In this document: positions 18,663 to 28,876 of the stretch, piece by piece | How positions within the stretch are numbered: position 1 is the stretch's first letter | Layout: every line of letters starts with the position of its first letter | Assembly (NCBI GenBank): GCA_026391675.1 | Contig: JAPLDQ010000036.1 | Span: forward strand, 100,522 to 164,521 | Direction: 5' to 3' | Length of the DNA stretch: 64,000 nucleotides | From: Bacteroidota bacterium | Lineage (GTDB): Bacteria > Bacteroidota > Bacteroidia > Bacteroidales > JACABE01 | Translations under genes and position numbers: made by a program | The notes under the pieces: model-generated | Told to the model about the DNA's origin: nothing | The model's input: only the letters and a program-made list of their open reading frames with translations | The model's database searches: none

Positions 18663-19946
18663 TTATAAATGTGTTCCTTTAATCAGCACATTTTTAAGTT
18701 CCCATGTAGAAACATCAGAAGAAACTGTACCGCATACATATTTGAATGCAACATAAGTATGAGCATTATTAATAGAGGTAAGATCAATGTCACCTGATGA
18801 TGTAAATGCCCAGCCACCAGGAGACAATGTACAAGTTAATTCAGTCCAGGCTGCTGCATTTGGGTTGCCGGTTCCTGAATAATTAGTTGAGTAATATACT
18901 TTCATACCTTGTCCGGCAGTACCGTAATTCATAGCTGATTGAAAGCTGAATTTAATATTGGTATGATGGGTTAAATCTAAAACCGGAGAAATCAACCAAT
19001 CTTCGTTAGCAGTATATACACCACCAGCATAACCTGACATAGTAGCACCATATGTAGTCCATGCCCATACCTGATCACCTGTTACTGAATATGGAACAAA
19101 ACTTCCCAAAGATGCAGTAAATGATTCTTTAAGAATTAATGAAGGATCCGGAGCAAAACCCCATACATCATTTATATCTCTGATGCAGAACTGCCATGAA
19201 GTATTATATTTTGTTAAGATACCTCTTATATTACCGTTACCTTTAGGTAATAAATTATTTTTAAAATTGGCATAAGTACTTGACCGTAAGATAATTGCAG
19301 TTGCACTTAAAGTGTCATTAAAGTTTCTTGGTGTCATTCCGCCCAATACATTCAAAGGATCAGCAAAAACAGATCCGGCATCAGCAAAGTTCACATAATG
19401 GAACTCAACCAAAGTGTTGATATATTGATCAGCACAGGTAATTGAAGTTAAAACAACAGGTGCAGGAACCTTACCGGGATATAAATCTCTGAATATATGC
19501 TGGTCTACTAAAATAGTTGGTATGGTAACAATACCAGTACCACCTTTATAGCCCATTGAAACTGTTCCGTTAGCATAACTTACATATAAGCCTTTACAAT
19601 CAATGAAAAGCACCTGACCTAATGGATAATCATTGTAAATACTGTATTTTTCCATTTTAACATCAATACCGCCGGTAGAATCCTGCATAACGATATCTTT
19701 ATAATAATTTCCTGATTGGTCTGTAGCAACAACAGTAGCTCTGACAAACCAGTTGGAATCAATTACTTTAGAGCCTGTACCAACAAAAGCTTTAAGTTCA
19801 GCAAGTGTCTTAAGTTTGGCTCCTGCAGGCATTGCAAAATGAGGCTCAATAAATGGTGGTGCTTCGATATCTTTTTTACAACTGCTTAAACTGATTACAG
19901 TAAGCATCATGAATAATCCAATAATTTTTATACTATAATTTTTCAT
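18663..19946 (-). CDS. surface lipoprotein, DUF5689-like N-terminal domain plus choice-of-anchor-J-like C-terminal domain
   Basis: Lipobox LSSC after ATG 19946 (track start is TTG 19976). TLAELK...SGNYYKDIVMQDSTGGI resembles DUF5689 and DWLISPVLDL resembles choice-of-anchor J. Lies directly downstream of a TonB-dependent receptor. Confidence 0.55.
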   Translation of the reverse strand: MKNYSIKIIGLFMMLTVISLSSCKKDIEAPPFIEPHFAMPAGAKLKTLAELKAFVGTGSKVIDSNWFVRATVVATDQSGNYYKDIVMQDSTGGIDVKMEKYSIYNDYPLGQVLFIDCKGLYVSYANGTVSMGYKGGTGIVTIPTILVDQHIFRDLYPGKVPAPVVLTSITCADQYINTLVEFHYVNFADAGSVFADPLNVLGGMTPRNFNDTLSATAIILRSSTYANFKNNLLPKGNGNIRGILTKYNTSWQFCIRDINDVWGFAPDPSLILKESFTASLGSFVPYSVTGDQVWAWTTYGATMSGYAGGVYTANEDWLISPVLDLTHHTNIKFSFQSAMNYGTAGQGMKVYYSTNYSGTGNPNAAAWTELTCTLSPGGWAFTSSGDIDLTSINNAHTYVAFKYVCGTVSSDVSTWELKNVLIKGTHL

Positions 19947-19992
19947 TTTATTTTTGTTTTTATATTTAAAATTCAATTGTTTATTTTATTTA

Positions 19993-22713
19993 TTAAAATC
20001 TAACACCAAGGTTTAAGAAAAATGTTCTTCCAAAACCGTAATAAACCTTAGGATAAAACTGGTTAATACTTTTGGTATCATAATCAAAACGCATTTGTTC
20101 GTAACCTCCGGTTATCAGGGAAGTATTATCAAGTAAATTATTAACACTTAAGTTCAGATTTACATAGGTTTTCTTCAACTGCCATGATTTTCCGATAGAT
20201 GCATCCAATGTACAACCGGCATCGAATTTGGTCTGACCAATAATGGCAGGAATTCTTGGATCGTTTGGCAGTGAATAAGGCATAGCTGAAATAGCACGTC
20301 TTTCAGGGTTAATATCAGCATAATTATCGCCAAAATAATTTAAGTTGACATTCAGGAACCAGAATTTAGGATGACGATAGTTGATACCAATAGATCCGGC
20401 AGTCTGAGGACTTCCATTAATACTGAAGTTTTTGATGTAAACGGTTTCTATAACATCTGGCTGAGAACCATTATCGTAAGAAATCGTTGCTTTTGGACTA
20501 GAGGTATAAAAATAACTTCCAACAGCAGCCACAGCTGTAAAAGATACAGTAGTAGATGCTTTTATTTCAGCGCCAATTTCAATACCCTGATGTGTTTTAT
20601 TTATTCCTGTCATAACATAATTAACAAAAGTAGCTAAGTCGTCGTTATAGAAACTGCTGATTTCATTCTGATCCCAGAACATGGTCTGATAGGCTGTAAA
20701 ACGTGCTTTCAGGATAGGTGTACGTAAAACATAGCTGATATCACCGGTCCATACTTTATCACTCTGAATATCGGGTGTAACTGTATTTCTTGTTCTAGGT
20801 GAAACAAATGAATTATAAACAGATGGTGGTCTGCTCATTGCTTCAGTGTTTGCAACAATAAAATTACGACCATTAATTTTATAGGTCATACCTGCTTTAA
20901 TTCCGGCATTTGTAAAATTATATTTATCAGACTCACCATAAGAATTATTAGGATGGTATCCGTTTTTCATATTTCCGGTACGCCAGAAAGAAGTTGTACT
21001 AAAGTTAGCAGCAGCAAAATAATCAATTTTATCACCTGTAACATCAACCTGGCCCCATAACATACCTGAATTGTTATAAATATCGTAGTCATAACCAAAA
21101 ACATCACCCACTTTAATAATGCGGTTTGGATTATTCAGGTCATTCTGGATTTCATCTGCATAACTTCCCATATCGCGGTAAGCAAAATTATCGATATCAA
21201 CCCAATAATTACCACCCAATAAATCGTCCATTACTTTAAAATGGTGTCCTTTATATTTCTTAACTTCTAATCCGCCATCAAGTTTCACGTTGCTCGTCAA
21301 TTCTTTATTGAGTAAAATATTAAAACTTAATTGTTGTTGGTCATTACGTCTGTCTTCGATAATATAACTGGCTTGTTCACCTCTTGCATTTGCTCTGTAA
21401 TTGGTCTGATATAAATTATCCCAGTTGATTTGCTGTTTATTTACATCTGTTCTCCAGGCTAAAGTAGTTGCATCAATTACTGTTTGATTAGGTGCATCTG
21501 TAGTACTTGCATAATATTGCCAGCTGGGCAGATTACGGTAATAATCAGGTCGTGGATCGGCTGAATTGTACCAGTTTAAAGCAGTAGCACCATTATATCC
21601 AAAACTGTAAGCTAAAGATGATGTTATTTTTGTTTTTTTATCTAAATCCCAATAATGAGACAAAATAATCATGGGTTCATGAAAGTCTTTTACCTTGGCA
21701 TTTCTTACTTCGCCGTTTTGATAACCCCAGTTAGGGTTGTAATAATTACTTCCTGTTAAATCATAGGCTTCCTGAGTACTTCCACCCTGTTGACCTCTGC
21801 GTGTTGGTGAACCGTAAGCGGTAATACCAATACTATGATGTTCGTTGATTTTCTTTTCAGCTGAAACAAAATATGCCCAGGCATCATAAAATACCCCTTT
21901 AACATAACCACCTTCGCCCCAACGACGTGAACCACTTACTGTAAATGCCCAGTTATTGTTCATTAAACCGGTAGAGTAGGTAAACATTGCTCTGTTTGAA
22001 TACGTTTTATTTGATAAAGAATATGTAAATTTAGTCTGTTTGCGCTGTTGTGAAGCTCTTGTAATGATATTTGTTGAACCACCCAAAGCTCCGAAAGAAA
22101 AGCGTGAAGCACTGATACCATTGATGGATTCTTTATTGCGCGTAGCATCATTTAATCCGCCCCATTCTGACCAGCTTGCTCGGCCATTCTCAGCATCGTT
22201 TACGTTTACGCCATTCATGTATATGGCAAAATTTTCACCATCGTAACCACGAACCCTGAAATACATAGCACCTAAGACATAACTGGCTGTTGATGTAAAT
22301 ACATCGCCTGATGAATGTAATAAACCGGAAACACTCTGGTCTTTGTTATCATCATCAGTACTTAAATCGGCAAGGTTAACCTCTGTTATACCTTTTCTTT
22401 CATTTTCTGCTGCTGTTTTTGAAGTCATTTCGGCTTTTACAACAGCAGGAGTTGCAGAGATAGTAATGGTAGATTCAAAATTTTCAAAGCCAACCGCAAT
22501 GATTGTTAAAGTAAGTTCTCCATACTTCAGGCCTCCAATTTCGTAAAATCCATTTTTATCAGAAGCTACCTGGATGTCTCCAACCCTGACAATAGCTTCC
22601 GGTATTGCTTTTCCTGTTACCTGATCTGTAATAACACCGCTGACTTTACCCTGCTGTGCCATTAATCCAAACCCAAGAAAAAGAAAAAACAACAAGAATG
22701 TAATTTGTTTCAT
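19993..22713 (-). CDS. TonB-dependent outer-membrane receptor with CarboxypepD_reg N-terminal domain
   Basis: Signal peptide, then VSGVITDQVTGKAIPEAIVRV (CarboxypepD_reg-like), a plug region and a large barrel ending ...LGVRF. Confidence 0.85.
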   Translation of the reverse strand: MKQITFLLFFLFLGFGLMAQQGKVSGVITDQVTGKAIPEAIVRVGDIQVASDKNGFYEIGGLKYGELTLTIIAVGFENFESTITISATPAVVKAEMTSKTAAENERKGITEVNLADLSTDDDNKDQSVSGLLHSSGDVFTSTASYVLGAMYFRVRGYDGENFAIYMNGVNVNDAENGRASWSEWGGLNDATRNKESINGISASRFSFGALGGSTNIITRASQQRKQTKFTYSLSNKTYSNRAMFTYSTGLMNNNWAFTVSGSRRWGEGGYVKGVFYDAWAYFVSAEKKINEHHSIGITAYGSPTRRGQQGGSTQEAYDLTGSNYYNPNWGYQNGEVRNAKVKDFHEPMIILSHYWDLDKKTKITSSLAYSFGYNGATALNWYNSADPRPDYYRNLPSWQYYASTTDAPNQTVIDATTLAWRTDVNKQQINWDNLYQTNYRANARGEQASYIIEDRRNDQQQLSFNILLNKELTSNVKLDGGLEVKKYKGHHFKVMDDLLGGNYWVDIDNFAYRDMGSYADEIQNDLNNPNRIIKVGDVFGYDYDIYNNSGMLWGQVDVTGDKIDYFAAANFSTTSFWRTGNMKNGYHPNNSYGESDKYNFTNAGIKAGMTYKINGRNFIVANTEAMSRPPSVYNSFVSPRTRNTVTPDIQSDKVWTGDISYVLRTPILKARFTAYQTMFWDQNEISSFYNDDLATFVNYVMTGINKTHQGIEIGAEIKASTTVSFTAVAAVGSYFYTSSPKATISYDNGSQPDVIETVYIKNFSINGSPQTAGSIGINYRHPKFWFLNVNLNYFGDNYADINPERRAISAMPYSLPNDPRIPAIIGQTKFDAGCTLDASIGKSWQLKKTYVNLNLSVNNLLDNTSLITGGYEQMRFDYDTKSINQFYPKVYYGFGRTFFLNLGVRF

Positions 22714-22998
22714 TTCTTATAAATATTAGTGAGTATTAATTTCTTCATTGTTATAAAAACAATGCAAAGTAAATAAATATTTTGATGCTTATTTACTTTA
22801 ACAAAATACATAACCTGACTTTTAACATATGCAAGTAGCTAAATAACTAGTTATCAGAATTATGATAAATTTTCTTTTTAGTTCAATATTTAAAATAGTA
22901 AAATAAAAATTATTTAACAATAAAATAACAATTATTTTTTTGCCTAAAAGCTACAATTATTTAAGCTTTAAATGATTAATAACAGTAAGGATATGGGA

Positions 22999-24384
22999 TT
23001 ATTTATGAACCTTTTTAATAAAGTCTTCCACTTCTTTTACGCCACCCTGGTATATAAGATAACCATTATAAGGTTCACGGGGAGTAGTTTCATCATTAAT
23101 CGGGGTCAACATCATTTCACGAACTTTTTCAGGATCTGTTGTTTGCCCAAGCACCCAGCCCAGTTTAATGTAGGCAGTTTCAGGTAACATATTCATACCC
23201 GGAATTACACCTTTTGCCATTAAATCGCGGCCTGTATCATAAACGAACATATGAGCATAGCCCCAAAGTGTTTGCACACACATAAACATATGAACACCCT
23301 TAGCTGTTGCCCTTTCAATTGCAGGGTATAATGGTTTGTTCACATGTCCTAAGCCGGTACCGGCAATAATAATGCCCTTGTAACCATTTTCAACCAAAGA
23401 ATCAATAATATCAGGTTGCATATTAGGATAATAATAAACAATGGCTACTTTTTCTTCAAAATACGGAAGTATGGTAACATTACGGTCTTTTCTGCGATGA
23501 TTATATTCTGGTTTAATAGGAACAACACCTTTACGCGTAACACTTGCCAATGGAACATCTCCTATAGTTCTAAATGTTGAACGGTAAGATGAATGCATTT
23601 TCCTGACCCTTGTACCACGATGTAACAATCCATATTCGTCAGAGGTTGGTCCAAACATACATACCATTACTTCGGCAATATCTCCATGTCCTGCTGCTGT
23701 GGCTGCATGCATCAGGTTAAGGGCAGCATCAGAGCTCGGACGGTCAGAAGAACGTTGTGAGCCCACTAATACGATAGGAACAGGAGAATTCTGAACCATA
23801 AAGGTTAAGGCGGCAGCTGTATGACTGAGGGTATCGGTTCCATGTCCGATAATAATACCATCAATACCGTTTTCGATTTCTTTTCCAATGGCAATAGCCA
23901 GTTTTTTATATTGTTCAGGCCCCATGTTTTCGCTGAATACCGCAAAAACTTTTTCGGTAGTTAAATTGCAAATATCGGCCAGTTCGGGAACAGCACCATA
24001 TAATTCTCCCGGTGAAAAGGCAGGAATTACCGCACCTGTTCTGTAATCCAAACGTGAAGCAATAGTTCCTCCGGTTCCAATTAATTTTACTTTCGGAAAA
24101 CCTTCAGTATAGGGAAACTCTTTTTCAGGGATTTTATAATTGGCTTTTTTATAACCGGTTTCAATCATTTCAGTAACATTGGCAATATCGATTCCAATAT
24201 TATAACCGGTAATAATTTTCATTACAATGTGCTGGTCATCATCGTTTTCGGAACGTGGTAATATAGTTCCCTGAAATACACCTCTGGTAGTATTTACATT
24301 GGCTTGTCCCCAAACACGAACATTGTATCTTTTAAGAATTTCTAAGGCTGCACCTTTATATCCCTGAAAAAAATCTTCACTCAT
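22999..24384 (-). CDS. gatD: archaeal-type GatD homologue (Glu-tRNA(Gln) amidotransferase subunit D-like asparaginase/glutaminase)
   Basis: GatD N-domain (DDQHIVMKIITGYNIGIDI) plus asparaginase motifs GTGGTIASRLDYRTGAV, HGTDTL and SQRSSDRPSSDAALN. GatD-type C-terminus MLPETAYIKLGWVLGQT. ATG at 24384 (track start is TTG 24417). Confidence 0.8.
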   Translation of the reverse strand: MSEDFFQGYKGAALEILKRYNVRVWGQANVNTTRGVFQGTILPRSENDDDQHIVMKIITGYNIGIDIANVTEMIETGYKKANYKIPEKEFPYTEGFPKVKLIGTGGTIASRLDYRTGAVIPAFSPGELYGAVPELADICNLTTEKVFAVFSENMGPEQYKKLAIAIGKEIENGIDGIIIGHGTDTLSHTAAALTFMVQNSPVPIVLVGSQRSSDRPSSDAALNLMHAATAAGHGDIAEVMVCMFGPTSDEYGLLHRGTRVRKMHSSYRSTFRTIGDVPLASVTRKGVVPIKPEYNHRRKDRNVTILPYFEEKVAIVYYYPNMQPDIIDSLVENGYKGIIIAGTGLGHVNKPLYPAIERATAKGVHMFMCVQTLWGYAHMFVYDTGRDLMAKGVIPGMNMLPETAYIKLGWVLGQTTDPEKVREMMLTPINDETTPREPYNGYLIYQGGVKEVEDFIKKVHK

Positions 24385-24682
24385 AGCTATTGCTTTATAT
24401 AATAATTTAAAGGGCAAAAGTAGGGAAAAAAAGGATATTTATAAATAAGAATTTAAAGAATCTGTTCTTAATTTAACACGAAATATAAAGCTATCTTTAA
24501 TATTAGATTTACAGCTTTTGCATTTTACCGCTGATACCAATTAAATATGCTGCTTTAGATGCGGAAAGTTACTTCACCGCAACTGAAAAACTTAATAAGT
24601 CAGTTTAACGTTATGAGAAATTCATGCATATAAAGGAAATGAAGAAAATTTAATAAAAACGGATATCGCTATAATAGAAATG

Positions 24683-24709
24683 AAAAAGACGCCTTTTGAG
24701 CGTCTTTTT
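24683..24709 (-). terminator. rho-independent terminator downstream of the ppiD-like gene
   Basis: AAAAAGACGC-(7 nt)-GCGTCTTTTT. On the minus strand the stem is followed by a T-run. Lies 23 nt after the stop at 24732. Confidence 0.75.
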
Positions 24710-24731
24710 ATTATTTTCTGTGGTTTAAAGT

Positions 24732-26855
24732 TTAGAAGAAAAACAATCTGTTATCTTCTATTTTAGCTTTATCCTGAATGATTTTATTAATTTCATTCAA
24801 TCGTTGCTGATACATACCTTGCATTTGCATTCTAACCATGGTATAGTCAACAGCAGCTGGAGCTTTTATAATTTCATCCAATGTTACTATATATACACCT
24901 GTATTTCCTTTAATGGCTTTAGAAACTGCTGCTTTTTTCATTGAGAATATAGTTCCGATTACTTCAGGTTCGTAACCTTTTCTTCCTAAATTATATCCGG
25001 CAAAATTTAAGTTTCCTACAGTATCAACCTGTGTATTAAATTTTGCAGCTAATTGATATAAATCTTTTGTTGAAGTCAGGGCTGTATTCATTTTTTCAAT
25101 TAACATCGCAGCTTTTTTGTCTCTTTTTACAACATATTCCAATCTTGGTTTAACTTGTTCAAGCGACGCAATTCCTTTTTCGCGAACTTCTTTTACCACT
25201 GCAACTACAAACTTATTATCAAATTCAAAAACTTGTTTTGCAACATCGTTTTTCTTGGTTTCTTCATTAAATGACCATCTTACCAGTTCTCTTGCATTTT
25301 CAATACCAGGAATATTATCAGCAGTAGGTTGAACATATTCAGCAGTACGTTTATTTAAACCTTGTTTTTTAATTGAAGCTTCAAATTGTTCGACGGTTGT
25401 ATTTTCACTGGCAAATTTATTGGCCTGTGCAAAAACATTTTTATAGGTCTGGTTACTTGCTTGTAAAGCACGGGAAATTAATGCAACACGTACTTTCTTT
25501 TCAGGTACTTTTTTAGCAAGAATATTGATGACATGATATCCGAAAGGAGATTCAACTACCACTGTTTCACCAACTTTTCCTTTGGCAACAGCATCATTGA
25601 ATGAAGGTATCATTTGTTGATCGGCAAACCAGCCTAAATCACCTTTGTTTTCTTTTGCAGATGGATCATCAGATGAAGCTTGTGCTATAGGCATAAATCT
25701 TGCTGTATCTTTTTGAACAACTAATCTAAGACTATCAGCAATTTTCTTTGCTTCTTCTTTTGTTCTTTTAACAGATTCAGCAGCATTATAAGCTCCCTGG
25801 AAAGAAATAAGGATATGTCTTGCTTTCATTGAATCAGGACGCATCTGAACATCAATTAATTTTGCCATTTTATAAATACCATTGTCTAAATAAGGAGCAA
25901 CGAAAGTACCAACTCCTGCATTAAAAACAGCAGAATCTATTTTTAAAGGCAATACACCTTTTTTTACAAACATACTGTCGTAACGGGTATCAGAATTTGA
26001 ATTAACAAATTCAGCTACTTTATCAGCAGTCTGGAAATCTGTATAAACCTGATTAACCTGTTTAGTTGTAGCTTCAAAATCATCTTTTGAAGGAAGAACT
26101 TCAAACATCACATAATCAATATCCCTTGAAGCTTCCTGTTCAAATTCGTTTTTATGTTCATCATAAAATGCCTGATAATCTTTATCGTCCAGTTTTATTG
26201 TACTATCTGAAATAGTATTATAATTTACGCTTACAAGTCTGCATTTTACATTATCATTTTGAGTTTCGTAAGCTCTTTTGGCAAATGCTTTAGGTAAGTA
26301 GTAGGCTTTCGAAATAAGATTATTGTATTTGGAATGAATTCTATCGTTTTTGATATATTCTTCAATCGATTTCCATTGTTTTTGTTCTTCAGGTTTCATT
26401 TGTTCGAAACCATTAATAATCTGTATGATACGTTGTCTGTCAACCTGTCCTGTTTTAGGATTGGTAAAGTTTTGAAGAATAAACTGATGCAGGAATTTCC
26501 CATAAAACATATCATTCATTTCTTCCTGACAAACTTCTATTGAAAGTTCATCATATTCCTTGTTCATTAATATCTCGTTAACCATTTGGCCCCATACGGT
26601 TTGGCGAACCTGATACATTTCCTGAGAAGTTAGGTTTTCTTTTCGCTGTTGTTGCTTAATTTGATCAACCTGCTCATCATATTTTCTTTCGAATTCTGTG
26701 TAAGTAATATCAGTACCATTAATAACACCTAATTTTTTATTTTTAAATCCTTTGGTGCTTCTAACTGCATCCTGTAAGATAAAGCCTGCAATAGCAACAC
26801 CTATTAAAATGATTAATAAACCTGATCTTTTTCTTATTTTTCCAATAATAGCCAT
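24732..26855 (-). CDS. PpiD-like periplasmic chaperone / parvulin-type peptidyl-prolyl isomerase
   Basis: N-terminal TM anchor and a SurA_N-like region. Parvulin segment ARHILISF...GDLGWF...FGYHVI. Confidence 0.85.
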   Translation of the reverse strand: MAIIGKIRKRSGLLIILIGVAIAGFILQDAVRSTKGFKNKKLGVINGTDITYTEFERKYDEQVDQIKQQQRKENLTSQEMYQVRQTVWGQMVNEILMNKEYDELSIEVCQEEMNDMFYGKFLHQFILQNFTNPKTGQVDRQRIIQIINGFEQMKPEEQKQWKSIEEYIKNDRIHSKYNNLISKAYYLPKAFAKRAYETQNDNVKCRLVSVNYNTISDSTIKLDDKDYQAFYDEHKNEFEQEASRDIDYVMFEVLPSKDDFEATTKQVNQVYTDFQTADKVAEFVNSNSDTRYDSMFVKKGVLPLKIDSAVFNAGVGTFVAPYLDNGIYKMAKLIDVQMRPDSMKARHILISFQGAYNAAESVKRTKEEAKKIADSLRLVVQKDTARFMPIAQASSDDPSAKENKGDLGWFADQQMIPSFNDAVAKGKVGETVVVESPFGYHVINILAKKVPEKKVRVALISRALQASNQTYKNVFAQANKFASENTTVEQFEASIKKQGLNKRTAEYVQPTADNIPGIENARELVRWSFNEETKKNDVAKQVFEFDNKFVVAVVKEVREKGIASLEQVKPRLEYVVKRDKKAAMLIEKMNTALTSTKDLYQLAAKFNTQVDTVGNLNFAGYNLGRKGYEPEVIGTIFSMKKAAVSKAIKGNTGVYIVTLDEIIKAPAAVDYTMVRMQMQGMYQQRLNEINKIIQDKAKIEDNRLFFF

Positions 26856-26880
26856 AGTTGTTTCGTTTTAAAATAGTTGG

Positions 26881-26888
26881 CAAAATTA
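26881..26888 (-). promoter_or_regulatory. Bacteroidota -7 box for the ppiD-like gene
   Basis: The minus strand reads TAATTTTG, 25 nt upstream of ATG 26855. Confidence 0.45.
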
Positions 26889-27004
26889 CATTTTTTTTTC
26901 TAATTTATATTTTTTTTCGTGCATTTTTTAATTACAATGCTAAAAGTATTATCAGGTGAAGGATACAGGTTATGAAAAACGTTAACCATTATGTTATATC
27001 AGCA

Positions 27005-28273
27005 TTATTCCGCATTAATTCTCAGATTTACTTTTTCAATGCGGTTTTCACTGGCTTCGAGTATGATAAACATAAAATCGCCAATAATAATTTCGTCGTT
27101 TAATTCGGGTATGCTTTCATGTGTATGAATAATTAAACCGGCAAGGGTTTCATAATCATCAGTTTTGGGTAAATTCAGCTGGTATTTATCGTTGAGGTAA
27201 TCTATTTCAAGACGGCCTGAAAAAATGAACTCATGGTCAGAGATTTGTTTTTCAGTATGGTCTTCGGTATCATATTCATCATTAATTTCACCGAAGATTT
27301 CTTCTATTACATCTTCCAGTGTCAGCATTCCTGATGTTCCTCCATATTCGTCAACCACAATGGCAACATTTTTACGTTGCTCAATAAAACCTGACAAGAG
27401 CTTATGGGCAAGCATGGTTTCCGGAACTATAAGTATAGGTTTCAATATTGATTTAATATTCTGAGGTTTACTAAGCATATCATGAGAGTGAACATAGCCA
27501 ATAATAACATCAATGCTGTCTTCGAATATGAGGACTTTAGAAAGTTTCGTTTTAATAAACAACTGGATAAGGTCATTAATGGAAGTCTTAATATCAGTGG
27601 CTACAATTTCTGTACGCGGTATCATACATTCACGCAATTTCAGATCACGGAATTCAATTGCATTCTGAAACATCTCTATTTCCTGCTGAATTTCGTTATT
27701 TTCAGAATTGTCCTTGGAAAACTCACTTAAAAAATTATCTACATCAATAGGTGTAAATACTTGATTTTGATGATTAAATTTTACTTTAAACAATCGTTTT
27801 AATAAAAATTCGGAAAAAGAAATAAATAAATAAGTAATAGGAAAAAGTAAATAATAAAAGATAATGGCAGGTACAGCAAAAAAACGCAAGGTAAAATTAG
27901 CATTTATTCTAAACAATATCTTTGGTAAAAATTCTGCTGTAATGAGGATAATCAGCGTTGCAATAATAGTTTGGATGAGCAATATCAATGAATTGGAATG
28001 AAAATTATCCGGAAGTGCAGCAATAATATTAGGCTCTAAAACTCTGGCTATTACAATACCATAAATTACCAAAGCGATATTATTACCAAGCAAAAGCGCA
28101 CCAATAAATTTCCAGGGTTTTTTTGAAAAATTGGATAAGATATTTGCAGCAAAACTTCCTTTATTTTTGTCAACTTCAATTTTTAATTTATTGGCAGTTA
28201 TAAATGCTATTTCCATGCCTGAAAAAAAAGCGGACAGCAGCAACATTAAAAATATTATTAATAAATCATTCAT
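27005..28273 (-). CDS. CNNM/DUF21-CBS-CorC family membrane protein (hemolysin-like, GldE-like)
   Basis: Four N-terminal TM helices, a CBS pair and a CorC_HlyC-like C-terminus. No gldD lies adjacent, so no gliding role is asserted. Confidence 0.8.
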   Translation of the reverse strand: MNDLLIIFLMLLLSAFFSGMEIAFITANKLKIEVDKNKGSFAANILSNFSKKPWKFIGALLLGNNIALVIYGIVIARVLEPNIIAALPDNFHSNSLILLIQTIIATLIILITAEFLPKILFRINANFTLRFFAVPAIIFYYLLFPITYLFISFSEFLLKRLFKVKFNHQNQVFTPIDVDNFLSEFSKDNSENNEIQQEIEMFQNAIEFRDLKLRECMIPRTEIVATDIKTSINDLIQLFIKTKLSKVLIFEDSIDVIIGYVHSHDMLSKPQNIKSILKPILIVPETMLAHKLLSGFIEQRKNVAIVVDEYGGTSGMLTLEDVIEEIFGEINDEYDTEDHTEKQISDHEFIFSGRLEIDYLNDKYQLNLPKTDDYETLAGLIIHTHESIPELNDEIIIGDFMFIILEASENRIEKVNLRINAE

Positions 28274-28279
28274 AGGTAT

Positions 28280-28876
28280 TTATTCGCTTTTATCAATATT
28301 AATTGTGCCATGGGGATTTCGGAGAGTATAATCGCTAAAGGATTCATCGGCATCAAAGCCATCTCCGTAAAGAACACCTTCTTTATTTACACGTTTTACA
28401 GCAACATTGGAAGTAATTGTTTTTCTGTTCTGGTCCCAGGTTAAACTGGAGGTATATATGGTATCTCCTTTTTTTAAATCAACAATAACTACATTGTTTT
28501 TGATTTCCATTATTCCTCTTTCTTCATAATGAATGGCATAGTCAGCAGTAAGCTTGGCTTTTTCTCTTTTATTGATATCGTAAAAAATTACTTTTAATCC
28601 CTTTGGATATTTATAATATGACTGCTCACCCTGGTATAAATCAAGTTGAGGACTAACCAAATACAACTGCAATTTGCCTGAATCACTTCTGAGGACAGTA
28701 ATATCTTTGGCAGATTGAACCGGTGTAATTACGAAATTGGTTATTGTTTTTATTTTTGCCATATCATTCTGACAAGAAATCATTATACAACTAATTAAAC
28801 CCGCAAAAAACAGTTTTGTTAGATGAATGTTTAAGCTTTTGCCTGAATATTCAAATAAGGATATGAAATTTTTCAT
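28280..28876 (-). CDS. lptC: LptC-like LPS export periplasmic protein
   Basis: 198 aa, membrane/lipoprotein anchor (LISCIMISCQ), beta-rich. Sits in the conserved Bacteroidota position between the TPR gene and the hemolysin-like gene. The call rests mainly on size and synteny. Confidence 0.5.
   Translation of the reverse strand: MKNFISLFEYSGKSLNIHLTKLFFAGLISCIMISCQNDMAKIKTITNFVITPVQSAKDITVLRSDSGKLQLYLVSPQLDLYQGEQSYYKYPKGLKVIFYDINKREKAKLTADYAIHYEERGIMEIKNNVVIVDLKKGDTIYTSSLTWDQNRKTITSNVAVKRVNKEGVLYGDGFDADESFSDYTLRNPHGTINIDKSE

Noticed and set aside
22972-23187. 71-aa plus-strand ORF at the 3' end of the GatD-like gene.
   Set aside because: It lies antisense within the strongly conserved GatD C-terminal region and has no independent support.
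27005-28273. Naming the DUF21-CBS-CorC gene gldE (gliding motility).
   Set aside because: The family architecture fits, but the diagnostic neighbour gldD is absent. The same architecture is found in generic hemolysin/CorC-like proteins, so I kept it as GldE-like only.
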